Part shown: positions 9,066 to 19,356 of the stretch, one piece after another
How the letters are laid out: every line of letters begins with the position of its first letter
Position numbering within the stretch: position 1 is the first letter of the stretch
Assembly (NCBI GenBank): GCA_963841435.1
Contig: CAWJCS010000005.1
Location: 736,001 to 800,000, forward strand
From: an uncultured delta proteobacterium
Lineage (GTDB): Bacteria; Myxococcota_A; Polyangia; Polyangiales; Polyangiaceae
Length of the DNA: 64,000 nucleotides
Reading direction: 5' to 3'
Notes under the pieces: model-generated
What the model was told of the DNA's origin: nothing
Database searches by the model: none
Seen by the model: the letters and a program-made list of their open reading frames with translations, nothing else
Made by a program: the position numbers and the translations under genes

Positions 9066-11042
9066 ATGGCCGAGCTCGTAGCGCTGCGCACGGGAAAGAA
9101 GGGGCGAGACGCCCTTCCCCGCTCGGCGTTCTTGCCGACGAACCGCGAGGAGATGCGCGTGCTCGGTTGGGACGAGCTCGACGTCCTGATCGTCACGGGC
9201 GACGCGTACGTCAACCACCCGGCGTTCGGCCCGATCCTCGTGGCGCGGTTCCTCGCCGGGCGCGGCTACCGGGTCGGGGTCGTCGCGCAGCCGGACTGGC
9301 GAGGGCCGGCAGACGTGTCGCGCATGGGAGCACCGCGGCTGTTCGTGGGTATCAGCGCGGGCAATCTCGACTCGATGCTGAACAAGCTGACCGCACAGAA
9401 GAAGGTGCGCTCGGAGGACCAGTACTCGCCCGGCGGGCGGCCCAACCAGCGCCCGAACCGCGCGACCATCGTCTACGCGAACCTCTGCCGCCAAGCGTTT
9501 CCTGGCGTGCCGGTCGTCGTCGGCGGGATCGAGGCGTCGCTGCGTCGCATCGCGCACTACGACTACTGGTCGGATGCGGTGCGCCGCTCGATCTTGCTCG
9601 ACGCCAAGGCCGACCTTCTCGTGTTCGGCATGGGCGAGCGAGCCGCCTGGGAAATCGCGGAGCGCCTTGCCCAGGGCGCGAGCGTCGGCGAGCTTTGGGA
9701 CGTGCGCGGCACTGCGCACGTGAAAAATCCAGGCGAATGGGAGAAGATCGCGGCGCGTCCGAGCCGCTTCGTGACGGACGGCCTGCCGGTGCTGTTGCCT
9801 TCCTACGAGACCGTCCGGGAGGACAAAGCGGCGTTCGCGAGCATGTCCCGCGCGTTCCAGCTCGAAACCAACCCTCACAACGCGCGACCCGTGCTGCAGC
9901 CGCACGGAAGCCAGGCGGTGTACATGAACCGACCCGCGCTGCCGCTCGCAGAAGCCGAGATGGACGCGCTCTACGATCTCCCCTTCACGCGGCTCCCGCA
10001 CCCGAGCTACGAAGAAGAGCGCATTCCAGCCTACGAGACGGTCAAGCACTCGATCGTCACCATGCGCGGCTGCTTCGGCGGCTGCACCTTCTGCAGCATC
10101 ACCGAGCACGAAGGGCGCATCATTCAGAGCCGCTCGACCGAGAGCGTGCTCTCGGAGGTGCGTAAGCTCTCGCGCATGGAAGGCTTTTCGGGCGTCTTGA
10201 GCGACATAGGCGGCCCCACGGCGAACATGTACAAGCTCCGCTGCAAGGACGAGCGCATCGAGAGCGCTTGCCGGCGGCTATCCTGCGTTCATCCCAAGGT
10301 CTGCGAGAATCTCGACACGGATCACGGACCACTGCTCGAGCTCCTGCGCGCCGTGCGCCGCGAGAAGGGCGTCAAACGCGCGTTCATCGCCTCCGGGGTG
10401 CGCTACGATCTCGCGCAGAAGAGCCCCGAGTTCATTCGCGAGCTCGCCGAGCACCACACGGGGGGCCAGGTGTCCGTCGCACCCGAGCACACCGATCCGG
10501 ACGTGCTCAGGCACATGAAAAAGCCCGGTATCGAAAGCTACGAGCGCTTCGCGAGCGCGTTTTGCCAGGCGAGCGAGGCGGCCGGCAAGGATCAGTATCT
10601 CGTGCCCTACTTCATCACCGGGCATCCCGGTTCGACGCTCAAGGACACGATTTTTCTCGCCCTCTACCTGAAGAAGAAGGGCATGCGCCCGCGCCAGATC
10701 CAGGACTTCATCCCCACGCCCATGGCGGTCGCCACGGCGATGTACCACACGGGCATCGATCCGTTGACGGGGGAAACCGTACCCGTCGTCAGGGACCTCA
10801 GGGAGAAGCGACTGCTCAAGGCGCTACTTTTGTGGTGGGACGAAGCACAGTGGCCGCTCGCGCGCGAAGCCTTGATCAAAGCCGGTCGCCGCGATCTCAT
10901 CGGGCGCCGCCCCGAATGTCTCGTGCCGCCGGCGCAGGGCGACGGCCGGCGTCCGCGAGCGGGTGAGGCTAGTCGGCGCACTCCACGCGCGCCTCGGCCC
11001 ACGCCGCGCGATCCCGCGCCGTATCGTCGACCCCGTTCGTGA
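9066..11042 (+). CDS. ygiQ: YgiQ family radical SAM protein
   Basis: TGDAYV(N)HPAFG, GGIEASLRRIAHYDYWSD, RGCFGGCTFC. Confidence 0.92.
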   Translation: MAELVALRTGKKGRDALPRSAFLPTNREEMRVLGWDELDVLIVTGDAYVNHPAFGPILVARFLAGRGYRVGVVAQPDWRGPADVSRMGAPRLFVGISAGNLDSMLNKLTAQKKVRSEDQYSPGGRPNQRPNRATIVYANLCRQAFPGVPVVVGGIEASLRRIAHYDYWSDAVRRSILLDAKADLLVFGMGERAAWEIAERLAQGASVGELWDVRGTAHVKNPGEWEKIAARPSRFVTDGLPVLLPSYETVREDKAAFASMSRAFQLETNPHNARPVLQPHGSQAVYMNRPALPLAEAEMDALYDLPFTRLPHPSYEEERIPAYETVKHSIVTMRGCFGGCTFCSITEHEGRIIQSRSTESVLSEVRKLSRMEGFSGVLSDIGGPTANMYKLRCKDERIESACRRLSCVHPKVCENLDTDHGPLLELLRAVRREKGVKRAFIASGVRYDLAQKSPEFIRELAEHHTGGQVSVAPEHTDPDVLRHMKKPGIESYERFASAFCQASEAAGKDQYLVPYFITGHPGSTLKDTIFLALYLKKKGMRPRQIQDFIPTPMAVATAMYHTGIDPLTGETVPVVRDLREKRLLKALLLWWDEAQWPLAREALIKAGRRDLIGRRPECLVPPAQGDGRRPRAGEASRRTPRAPRPTPRDPAPYRRPRS

Positions 11043-12702
11043 CCCGCAGCTTGATGCGGCTGTGACCCGTCACGGTGACGTCGATATCCTCGGCGTCGTC
11101 GCTGCCGCGCTTCACGTCACTCCGGTAGAGAAGCTCGTTGTCCGACCATACCTCGAACACCACCGAGCCCTCGTCGCCCTGGTCGTCGTCGACGCCGATG
11201 GTGGCCTTGAACGCCATGCAATCGGGCCCGAGCCGGTAGATGAGCGCGGACGGCGCGGCGATGCCGAGGCCCTTGTCGAACGTCTGCCCGCCCACGCTGA
11301 GCGGTCCGCCGTCGCCCGCCTGGTCGGAGCCGTTGTTCCGATCCTTCTCGTAGGGGCCGAGGGCGTTGACGGCGTAGATCGCGGGATGATCGGAGAGGTA
11401 CACCGTGCCGTGAGGCCGGTTCGGCTCACTGCCCGTGACGCGCAGCAGGCGCACGTCGTGCGACTTTACCGTGCCCGTGAAGTTGTCGCGGAACGTGCCG
11501 AGGTCCTCGTGCGACCAGAGATCGCGGACGTTGGCGTCGCCGCGGCGCAGCCCCGCGTCCGTGAAGCTCGCGCTCATGGACACGTCCTTGCCCGTGGCAT
11601 TCAAGAGCAGCACGGCGCGCGCCCCGCTTTCAGCGAGCGGCTTCGACCACACCATCAGGTTCCCGTCCTGCCACACCGGGACGGCCTGGATGCCGAGCGC
11701 ATCCTGGTCGATGCCAATCACCTCTTCGTTCGTGAGGGTCTCACGCGTCACGTCGGACATGTTCGCGAGGTTCGTGCCGGCGATGAGCGGCGCCGAAAAC
11801 ATCGCCCACAAGCTGAAGTGAGCGCGCGATTCGGCCTCGGCGCGCGCGCCGACGATGTTGCCGACCTCGAGCATGTCGGGGTCGTTCCAGCCGTTCGGCC
11901 CGTTGTACGCGGCGAACGCGGGAGTGCCGCGCGCGATGGTCATCACCGACCCCTGGTTGGGCATGTCGATGAGCGTCGAGTCCCAGACCGGGGTGATGTC
12001 CGTCGTGGTGCGCCAGAGCTCGCCCATCGTCGTGCCCCACTCGAAGAAATTCCACGCGCAGAGACTGAAAACGATCGGCTGCGAAACGCCCGCGAGAGCG
12101 TCGCTCATGCGTTGGTAGCCGGCCTGGCCCGCGGCGCTCGTGTCCTCGCCGTCGGCGATGTCCTCGTCCGTGAGGCAGTTGTCGTACTTCACGTAGTCGA
12201 CGCCCCAGGAGGCCCAGGTCTCGGCGTCGAGCACCTCGTGTTGGCGCGAGCCGGCGCGGTGACCGCACGTCTGGCTGCCACGATCGGAGTAGACGCCCAG
12301 CTTGAGACCGCGTTCGTGGACGTAGTCGGCGAGCGCGGCGATGCCGCTCGGGAAATCCGGGTCCGGCTGGAACACGCCGTCCTGGTCGCGATCGACCTGG
12401 GCCCAGCAGTCGTCGATGTTGACGTACTGGTACCCGACAGAGGCCATGCCGGACTCGACCATCGCGTCCGCGGCGGACTTCACGAGCGCCTCCGTCACGT
12501 CGCAGTGGTGCGCGTTCCAGCTGTTCCAGCCCATGGGCGGCGTCGGCGCGAGCCCCTCCGTCACGGGCAACGCGTCCTCGTCGCGCTCGACAGGACCAGG
12601 ATCGACGTAGGGCGCGGGCCCCGCCTGGTCGCCGCCGCAGCCCGCGAGCGTCAACGTCCACGCGGCCACAGCGAGTAGCCGGCGGACCCTCGCTGCCTTC
12701 AT
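10969..12702 (-). CDS. GH27 alpha-galactosidase lipoprotein with C-terminal NPCBM domain
   Basis: LAGC lipobox, TPPMGWNSWN, YVNIDDCW, VDYVKYDNC, WNDPDMLEVGN, NPCBM-like YLSD...FDKGLG. Confidence 0.92.
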   Translation of the reverse strand: MKAARVRRLLAVAAWTLTLAGCGGDQAGPAPYVDPGPVERDEDALPVTEGLAPTPPMGWNSWNAHHCDVTEALVKSAADAMVESGMASVGYQYVNIDDCWAQVDRDQDGVFQPDPDFPSGIAALADYVHERGLKLGVYSDRGSQTCGHRAGSRQHEVLDAETWASWGVDYVKYDNCLTDEDIADGEDTSAAGQAGYQRMSDALAGVSQPIVFSLCAWNFFEWGTTMGELWRTTTDITPVWDSTLIDMPNQGSVMTIARGTPAFAAYNGPNGWNDPDMLEVGNIVGARAEAESRAHFSLWAMFSAPLIAGTNLANMSDVTRETLTNEEVIGIDQDALGIQAVPVWQDGNLMVWSKPLAESGARAVLLLNATGKDVSMSASFTDAGLRRGDANVRDLWSHEDLGTFRDNFTGTVKSHDVRLLRVTGSEPNRPHGTVYLSDHPAIYAVNALGPYEKDRNNGSDQAGDGGPLSVGGQTFDKGLGIAAPSALIYRLGPDCMAFKATIGVDDDQGDEGSVVFEVWSDNELLYRSDVKRGSDDAEDIDVTVTGHSRIKLRVTNGVDDTARDRAAWAEARVECAD

Positions 12703-12715
12703 CCCGAGAGCTCGC

Positions 12716-13330
12716 TCAGGGGGCCGTGGGCGGGGTCAGCGTGGGCGCCGTGAGCGGCTTGGGCATCCCAACGGGCTCCTTCGCCGACTTGGTGTCGCCG
12801 CCGTCGCCGGGTGCGCCCTGGTTGTACATGGTGATCACGCGGTCGGTGAGATCTAGGTCGCTGCGCACGTACGGCACGGCCTGCTTGTCGACGACAACGT
12901 CGTAGCCGTCCTGAGTCGCGAGGCGGCGGATGATACCCATCGCCTTCTGGAAGATCGGCTGCGTGAGCTCGTTCTGCTTCTTCTGCAGCTCCTTGTTGTA
13001 CTCGACGAAAACCGTCTGGAGCTGCACCATCTCGCGCTGCCACTTGTCGAAGCGCTTCGCGAGCGCCGTCTTGCTGAGGACGTCCTTCTGCTTGTCGATG
13101 TCGTCGCGCTCTTTCTGGAGATCCTCCTGCTTCTTGTCGAGCTCGCGCTGGCGGTTGTCGAACAGCTTCTTCAGCGTGGCTTGCAGGCGCAGGCCATCTT
13201 CGGTCTCCATGACCGCGCGTTGCGTGTCGATGACGGCCACCTTCATTTGCTGGGCGGACGCGGGCAGCGCGTAGAAAAGCGTGGCGAAAGCCAGCGCGAG
13301 GAACGGCAAACGAGTGACGAAAGCGAGCAT
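12716..13330 (-). CDS. skp: OmpH/Skp periplasmic chaperone
   Basis: Signal peptide, KVAVIDTQRA, coiled coil, GYDVVVD...DLTDRVI. ATG 13330. Confidence 0.88.
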   Translation of the reverse strand: MLAFVTRLPFLALAFATLFYALPASAQQMKVAVIDTQRAVMETEDGLRLQATLKKLFDNRQRELDKKQEDLQKERDDIDKQKDVLSKTALAKRFDKWQREMVQLQTVFVEYNKELQKKQNELTQPIFQKAMGIIRRLATQDGYDVVVDKQAVPYVRSDLDLTDRVITMYNQGAPGDGGDTKSAKEPVGMPKPLTAPTLTPPTAP

Positions 13331-13383
13331 GGCGCGGGGAGTAGCGTTTGGCCCGCGGGCCGTCAAGGGCAGTCGCCAGCTTT

Positions 13384-13430
13384 TGAGACCCGAGGCGCCC
13401 ATTTGCCGCTCTCGCGGGGCTCGGGTCTCA
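13384..13430 (-). terminator. Stem-loop directly after the cNMP gene stop
   Basis: Perfect 11-bp inverted repeat TGAGACCCGAG...CTCGGGTCTCA. No U-tract on the minus strand, so it may be a stabilising or processing hairpin. Confidence 0.4.
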
Positions 13431-14753
13431 GACCAGGATCAAATCGTCGAGGTCGGTCGCCTCGAGCGCGGCGGCGGCGGCCGTCTCCTCGTCCCGGGCC
13501 ACGGCGAGCTCGTAGAGGTCCACGAACACCTTGGGATGGGCACGCACGGTCTCGACGAAGCGGTCGCGGGGCAAAAGCAGCGTCACCGTCGGATGATGGG
13601 CGATGGCGCTGGCAATGGCGGGACGCCTGAGCACGAGGGCAACCTCGCCGAGCGCATCGCCCGGACCTAGGCGGGCAACGACCGTTTCGTCGTCCGTGTC
13701 GTCGCGATGCACGATCGCGACCTCACCCGAAGCGATCAAGAACAACCCGTCCGTCGTGTCCCCCTGCGTGATGAGACGCTCACCGGGCTCGAAAGCGCGG
13801 ATCGCGAAATGCTGCACGAGGTCGGCGCGTTCCGCGTGGCTGACGCTGCGCAGGATGGGGCTCGTCTTGACCAGGTTGTCGAGCATGCGCCGCCGGCAAT
13901 GCTCCGCAAACTCGCGACCCAGCTGTGGGTTCTTCTTGACGGCCCGGTCGAGCGAGTCCTTGCTCGCGACGAGCAGGAGCGCGGGAGAGGCGGAGGCGAC
14001 CGTGGCGGCGCGCGGCGCGCGAGAGAGCAGCGCCATCTCGCCGACGAGCGAGCCCGTGCCGAGCCGCGCGAGGTGCACGGGACCCGACTGCCCGAGCGCG
14101 AAGCGGCTCACGTCGAGCTCACCCTGCGCGACGACGAAGGCCTCCGTGCCGAGCGCGCCCTCCTCGACGACGGTCGTCAACGCCGCGCAGAGCCTCGGCT
14201 CGAAGATTTCGACGAAGTCGCGCAGCGCGGCCTGATCGAGCGACGAGAAAAGGACGGCCGGCGACAGCGGAGACTGACCCGACGCCTCCGTGAGCAGCGA
14301 CTCGCTGGAGGCTGCGACCGCCTTTTGTGCGCGCGCCACCAGCGCTGCGCCCGACAGCGAATCGGGGACCACGGCGGGCTTGGGGGCAGGACCGGGGAGC
14401 GCCGGCGGGGCCTTTCGCTTCAGCCGGGGCGAGCCGACACCGAACGCCTGGGCGGCCTGCTCGAAGATGGGAGCCGCTTCGAGGCCGAGCTCGCGCGCGA
14501 ACGCGCCCGCGGCAACGGCGAGCGGCAAGTTGCCGGCTTCGACGGCACGTTCCGCTGCGGCTCGCAGGCCCTCGGCGAACGGCGCGGCGTCGCCGCCGAC
14601 CTTTGCGCCGAGCACGGAGCAGAAAAGGAGCGCGAGCGCGTCCTCCTTCTTGACTTCGAGGACGCCGATGCTCGCGCGCAGCCCGGGTGCCAGGTCTCCG
14701 GACGCCCACGCCTCGAGCGCGCGGTCCAGCGGTCTGATCGCGGCATCGGCCAT
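13428..14753 (-). CDS. Protein with two cyclic-nucleotide-binding domains
   Basis: GEMALLSRAPRAATV and LITQGD..GLFLIASGEV..GEVAL motifs. Start 14753 or 14759. Confidence 0.85.
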   Translation of the reverse strand: MADAAIRPLDRALEAWASGDLAPGLRASIGVLEVKKEDALALLFCSVLGAKVGGDAAPFAEGLRAAAERAVEAGNLPLAVAAGAFARELGLEAAPIFEQAAQAFGVGSPRLKRKAPPALPGPAPKPAVVPDSLSGAALVARAQKAVAASSESLLTEASGQSPLSPAVLFSSLDQAALRDFVEIFEPRLCAALTTVVEEGALGTEAFVVAQGELDVSRFALGQSGPVHLARLGTGSLVGEMALLSRAPRAATVASASPALLLVASKDSLDRAVKKNPQLGREFAEHCRRRMLDNLVKTSPILRSVSHAERADLVQHFAIRAFEPGERLITQGDTTDGLFLIASGEVAIVHRDDTDDETVVARLGPGDALGEVALVLRRPAIASAIAHHPTVTLLLPRDRFVETVRAHPKVFVDLYELAVARDEETAAAAALEATDLDDLILV

Positions 14754-14787
14754 CGCCATGACGAGGCTAACACAGACGGCGGCGCGC

Positions 14788-15852
14788 CTACCCCGACTTC
14801 CCGGGCTCTCCGCCGGGCTGTCGGCTACGCGCGATGGCCGTGGTCGCGGCCTCGGCAGCGGCCGCCACGAGCGGGACGACAATCGGGTAGTCCATGCGAG
14901 TCGGCCCGATGACGCCCACGGCCCCGCCCGGCTCGCCGTGCTCCTCGTAGCGGGCCGCAACCACGCTCACCGGGTACGGGGCCGCCGCGTCCTCGGCACC
15001 GAGGAAGACCTCGACGCGATCGGAGCTCAGGGCGCGGTCCAGTAGGCCAACGAGGCGCTCGCGGTCTTCGAGCGCGCGAAGCAGCTCCCGCATGCGCTCG
15101 ACGCTCGCGAACTCCGGCCAATCGAGCAAGAGCGCGCGCCCCTCCATCACGACCTCGCTGATCCGCGGCGCGCTGACGGCGGCCGACCGCACCAGCTGGT
15201 AGCCGAGCTCGTGCAGGGTGCGGAGCTCGTCGCGCTGGCCGCTCATCCCCTCCGACACGGCGTCGCGCAAGTCCGCGAGTGTGCGCCCCGGGGTCATCTC
15301 CTCGAGCATCTCGTGAAGCCGGTCGAGCTCCGCGTCCGAGATCGGCCCCTCGACCCGGATGAAGCGATTCTCGACGGTGCCGTCCTCGAACACGGCGACC
15401 GCCAGGAGCTCGCCCGGGCGCGTGGCGATGAAGCGCAACTTCAAGAGCACGCGGCCGTCCGGCGGCGAGCGCATCACGACGGCCGGGGCACCGCTGAGAT
15501 CGGAAAGCAACTTCCCAGTTTCGCGAGGGATGTCGGCGTCAGGGCGCAAATCCGCGAGCCACTCGCTGATGCGACCCGCGTCGTTGGCCGGCAGCCGGCG
15601 CACCTGCATGAGCGCGTCGATGAAGAGGCGGAAGGCCGCATCGGTCGGCCGGCGCCCCGCCGACGTGTGGGGCTGCCGGAGGTACCCCGCATCCTCCAGG
15701 TCGGCGAGCACCATGCGAATCGTCGCCGGCGACAGCGAAAGACCGTACTTCTTGCTGAGCGTGCGGCTCCCGACGGGCTCCCCAGTGGCGATGAACTCGG
15801 TGACCACCGCGTATAGAACGGAGCGGGCGCGCTTGGAGAGGGGGCTCAGCAT
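14788..15852 (-). CDS. hrcA: Heat-inducible transcription repressor
   Basis: GEPVGSRTL..LSPATIR..LEDAGYL.QPHTSAGR.PT, GVIGPTRMDY. Confidence 0.95.
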   Translation of the reverse strand: MLSPLSKRARSVLYAVVTEFIATGEPVGSRTLSKKYGLSLSPATIRMVLADLEDAGYLRQPHTSAGRRPTDAAFRLFIDALMQVRRLPANDAGRISEWLADLRPDADIPRETGKLLSDLSGAPAVVMRSPPDGRVLLKLRFIATRPGELLAVAVFEDGTVENRFIRVEGPISDAELDRLHEMLEEMTPGRTLADLRDAVSEGMSGQRDELRTLHELGYQLVRSAAVSAPRISEVVMEGRALLLDWPEFASVERMRELLRALEDRERLVGLLDRALSSDRVEVFLGAEDAAAPYPVSVVAARYEEHGEPGGAVGVIGPTRMDYPIVVPLVAAAAEAATTAIARSRQPGGEPGKSG

Positions 15853-15867
15853 GCTTCGATAAATGAC

Positions 15868-15897
15868 ATTTTGGCTCTTTCACCCCCGGCCGGTCAA
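15868..15897 (-). promoter_or_regulatory. Putative hrcA promoter overlapping a degenerate CIRCE-like 9-9-9 element
   Basis: Minus strand TTGACC-18 bp-CAAAAT. Plus strand TTGGCTCTT-N9-GCCGGTCAA, with only one arm resembling TTAGCACTC. Confidence 0.35.
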
Positions 15898-16067
15898 ACG
15901 GAGGGCCGAGCGCGGGCCGGCGCCTTCGGGGGCGCGCAGGCGATACGCGGGCCGAGAGCGCGGAAGACCGGACGGCTGACGAGCCTCCCCGTTGAAATCC
16001 TTGACAGTATTGGGACCGAATCCGATGATCGCGCTCCGTCCGCTTTTACCCCTCGGGAAACCCTGAC

Positions 16068-16943
16068 TTGACCACCACCCTGCTGGCCGTCGACGACAGC
16101 AAAACCATGCGGAAGGTGATTGAGATCACCTTCTCCGGCGAGGACTATCGTCTCCTCGTGTGTGCCAGCGCCGACGAGGCGATGGCCAAGCTCTCCGAGC
16201 GGCCGAGCATCGCGCTCGTCGATGCCGGTCTCGACGGCACGAGCGGCTACGAGCTTTGCCGCAGGCTCAAGGCGGCGCAGCCCGGGCTCGGGGTCGTCAT
16301 CCTCTCGAACAAGCAGCAGCCGTACGATCGGGCGCTCGGGGGTCAGGTCGGTGCCGACGACTTTGCCGACAAGCCCTTCGACACGCAGCAGCTCATCGAC
16401 AAGATCGTCGCCCTCGCCAAGAAGGTAGGCGCCAGCGCCGGGACCCCTGCCGCCGCCCCGGTCGCGGCCGCACCGGGACCAGCAGCTCCGCGTACTGGCG
16501 CCACCACGCTTCAGTACGGAGCGAGCCCAGTCGCCGGAGGCATCCCCGCCGCACCGGTGATGGCTCCCGTGGGCCCTGCCGGAGCAACCCGCCCCACCGC
16601 GCCGGGCATGCCGGGCGGCACCGGTTTGACGCCGCGCGCTCCCACGATGATCAGCACGGGAGGAGCACCGCCCGAGATAGCGCGGCCCGCAGCGCCGGCC
16701 GCCCCCCTGGCGCCCGCAAAGCCCTCACCGGCCGCGCCGGCCGCACCCGTCGCCGCAGCGTTCTCGGGAGCAAACGGCGCGGACTTCGCCAAGAAGCTCG
16801 GCGGGCTCGGCCTTACCTCGGAGCAGGTCGAGGGAGTGCTCAACCTTTCACGTGACGTGCTCGAGCGTGTCGCGTGGGAGGTCGTGCCCACGCTGGCCGA
16901 GACCATCATCCGCGAAGAAATCCAGCGCCTGACGCGCGAGTGA
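16068..16943 (+). CDS. romR: RomR-like polarity response regulator
   Basis: Receiver LLAVDDSKTMRKVI, Pro/Ala linker, C-terminal VLERVAWEVVPTLAETIIREEIQRL matching the RomR-C motif. Confidence 0.85.
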   Translation: MTTTLLAVDDSKTMRKVIEITFSGEDYRLLVCASADEAMAKLSERPSIALVDAGLDGTSGYELCRRLKAAQPGLGVVILSNKQQPYDRALGGQVGADDFADKPFDTQQLIDKIVALAKKVGASAGTPAAAPVAAAPGPAAPRTGATTLQYGASPVAGGIPAAPVMAPVGPAGATRPTAPGMPGGTGLTPRAPTMISTGGAPPEIARPAAPAAPLAPAKPSPAAPAAPVAAAFSGANGADFAKKLGGLGLTSEQVEGVLNLSRDVLERVAWEVVPTLAETIIREEIQRLTRE

Positions 16944-16977
16944 CGCGGCAAAAGGGCCGTGCCCGGCCACCCCTCAC

Positions 16978-17934
16978 GTGACGCGCTTCGTCTACAAGGC
17001 ACTCGGCACGGTCGCGGGATTGGCAGCGGCGTCGTCGGCGCTTTTCCTCGCCATGCCCAAAGCGCGCCCCGAGGCCGATCGCGCGGCCGTCCTCGCGGTG
17101 AGCGCCGAGTGCCAGGTGCTCGTCGTCGGGCCAAGCTACGTGAAGGAGGTCCTACCCGAGGTCTTCGACGCCGAGGCCGCGCGCGTCGGCTTCGACAAGC
17201 GAGCGTGCCGGCTCGGGCGCACGAACCTGAGAGGCTACGAGCTCGAGCACGAGCTCGACGTGCTGCTCTCGCACCGTTGGCCGAAGCTCGAGCGCGTCGT
17301 CATCGACATCACGCTCGGTGACTCGCTGTCGTTCGATCCGGAGAACTGGTTCAAGCCGCGCGTCATCGCCTGGCACACGTTCAGAGCCATCCCCTGGCTC
17401 CATCGCTACTACGTGCAGCATTTCGCACGGGAATCGAACCCCATCACGATGATCGCTGCCCACGCGGGACACATCGCCGCCAACTATCTGTCGCTGGGCC
17501 GCGCGGCGGAGCTGTTCCCCGGCGGGGGGACGACGACCGAGCCCACGCGCAAAACGCCGAAGGCGCGCAAAGGATCGAACCGCTCCCACCAGGCCAAGCT
17601 CTCGGCGCTCAAGCGGAAGAAGCGCCTCATCACCGCCAAGCACCAGACCACGTCCGCGCGCTGGGCTCTCGAGCTGCGCCGCGTCGTGCGCAGGCACGGC
17701 CACGAGCCGATCTTTCTCTACAGCCCGGTTTGGTCGGGCCTCAAGCCACCGCTCCGCGTGGGGCACGGCGAGGACCCGCTCGTGCTGCTCGACTTCGACG
17801 ACCCCGCGCGCTTTCCGGAGCTTTACACGGCTGACGTGCGTGGTTCCACCCAGCACCTCAACGATCGCGGCGGCCACATCTATTCGAAGCTCTTGGTGCG
17901 CGAGCTCCAGGCAATCTGGGACGAACCCAAGTGA
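16978..17934 (+). CDS. Membrane-anchored SGNH-like protein (DltD/AlgJ-type partner)
   Basis: N-terminal TM, VLVVGPS and late QHLNDRG motifs. GTGA overlap with the MBOAT gene. Confidence 0.6.
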   Translation: MTRFVYKALGTVAGLAAASSALFLAMPKARPEADRAAVLAVSAECQVLVVGPSYVKEVLPEVFDAEAARVGFDKRACRLGRTNLRGYELEHELDVLLSHRWPKLERVVIDITLGDSLSFDPENWFKPRVIAWHTFRAIPWLHRYYVQHFARESNPITMIAAHAGHIAANYLSLGRAAELFPGGGTTTEPTRKTPKARKGSNRSHQAKLSALKRKKRLITAKHQTTSARWALELRRVVRRHGHEPIFLYSPVWSGLKPPLRVGHGEDPLVLLDFDDPARFPELYTADVRGSTQHLNDRGGHIYSKLLVRELQAIWDEPK

Positions 17935-19328
17935 TCTTCACCCAGCCGGTCTTTTTCTTGTTCTTCGCCGTGGTGGCCGCGGTCCATTGGGCGCTGCGCG
18001 GCAACGCGTGGCAAAAGCGCTGGCTTCTCGTCGCGAGCTACTTCTTCTACGGCTACTGGGACTACCGCTTCTTGGGGCTGATCTTCCTTTCGACGTGCAT
18101 CGATTTCGCCGCGGGGCTCGGGCTCGGCACGGTGCAGAAACCAAGCGCTCGGCGCGCGCTCATCACGCTGAGCCTGTGCGCGAACCTCGGCATCCTCGGC
18201 TTCTTCAAGTACTACAATTTCTTCGTCCATTCGGGGACGCAGCTCCTGCGCGCCCTCGGGCTCGACGTCGGCGAGGCGACGCTTTCCGTCGTGCTCCCCG
18301 TGGGCGTGAGCTTCTTCACCTTCCAGAGCATGAGCTACACGATCAACGTCTATCGGCGCGTGCTCGCTCCGGAGCGGCGCTTCTTCGACTTTGCGCTGTT
18401 CGTCTCGTTCTTCCCGCAGCTCGTCGCCGGCCCGATCGCGCGCGCCAGCCACTTTCTGCCACAGCTCGCGACGACGCGTGCCTCGAGCGCGATCGACGGG
18501 CGACGCGCGCTGCTCCTGTTTCTCGTCGGGTACTTCAAGAAGGCCTGCGTCGCCGACAACATCGCCTCGGCGATCGATCCCGTCTTTTCGCACCCGGCCG
18601 CGCACGCCGCCGGCTCCAGGGTGCTCGGCTCCACGCTCTACTCGGTCCAAATCTATTGCGACTTTTCGGGCTACACGGACATGGCCATCGCCGTGGCCGC
18701 GCTGCTCGGCTACGACCTCGCCAAGAACTTCGACGCTCCCTACCTGAGCCTGAACGTGCGCGAGTTCTGGCAACGCTGGCACATCAGCCTCTCGAGCTGG
18801 CTGCGCGACTACCTGTACATCCCGCTCGGCGGTAACCGCGGCGGCCCATGGCGAGTCGCGCGCAGCCTCATGCTGACGATGCTGCTCGGCGGACTCTGGC
18901 ACGGCGCGAACTGGACCTTCGTGCTGTGGGGATTCCTTCACGGCGCAGCGCTCGTTTTGCACCGCTTCTTGCCGCGCCGTCAGGAGTCGAAAAGCCGCGC
19001 GGTGCGCTTCGCCTCGTGGTTCGCGACGTTCGCCTTCGTGGCGTTTTGCTTCACCATCTTCCGTTGCCCCGACATGGGCACGGCCTGGGAGCTTTTCACC
19101 GCGCCCACACGCGCGAAGGGCGCATCGCCCGTCTCGTCGCTCTGGTGGCTCGCGATCTTGTCGCTCGGCGCGATCCACGCACTGCTGTTCCGCTATCGCG
19201 CCGAGCTCGTGCGCCGAGCGCGCGCTCTCTCCGACGCGCTCTTTTACCCCGCGTTCGGAGCGTGCTGGGCCTTGCTCCTCTTCATGACGCCGCTCAGCGC
19301 AGAGCCGTTCATCTACTTCCAGTTCTGA
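17931..19328 (+). CDS. MBOAT O-acyltransferase, AlgI/DltB/PatA type
   Basis: LPVGVSFFTFQ, FFPQLVAGPI, DFSGYTDMA, FWQRWHISLS, GLWHGA, FIYFQF. Confidence 0.93.
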   Translation: MIFTQPVFFLFFAVVAAVHWALRGNAWQKRWLLVASYFFYGYWDYRFLGLIFLSTCIDFAAGLGLGTVQKPSARRALITLSLCANLGILGFFKYYNFFVHSGTQLLRALGLDVGEATLSVVLPVGVSFFTFQSMSYTINVYRRVLAPERRFFDFALFVSFFPQLVAGPIARASHFLPQLATTRASSAIDGRRALLLFLVGYFKKACVADNIASAIDPVFSHPAAHAAGSRVLGSTLYSVQIYCDFSGYTDMAIAVAALLGYDLAKNFDAPYLSLNVREFWQRWHISLSSWLRDYLYIPLGGNRGGPWRVARSLMLTMLLGGLWHGANWTFVLWGFLHGAALVLHRFLPRRQESKSRAVRFASWFATFAFVAFCFTIFRCPDMGTAWELFTAPTRAKGASPVSSLWWLAILSLGAIHALLFRYRAELVRRARALSDALFYPAFGACWALLLFMTPLSAEPFIYFQF

Positions 19329-19356
19329 CGCCGCAGCCGTCGGCGGCCGTGGCGAG

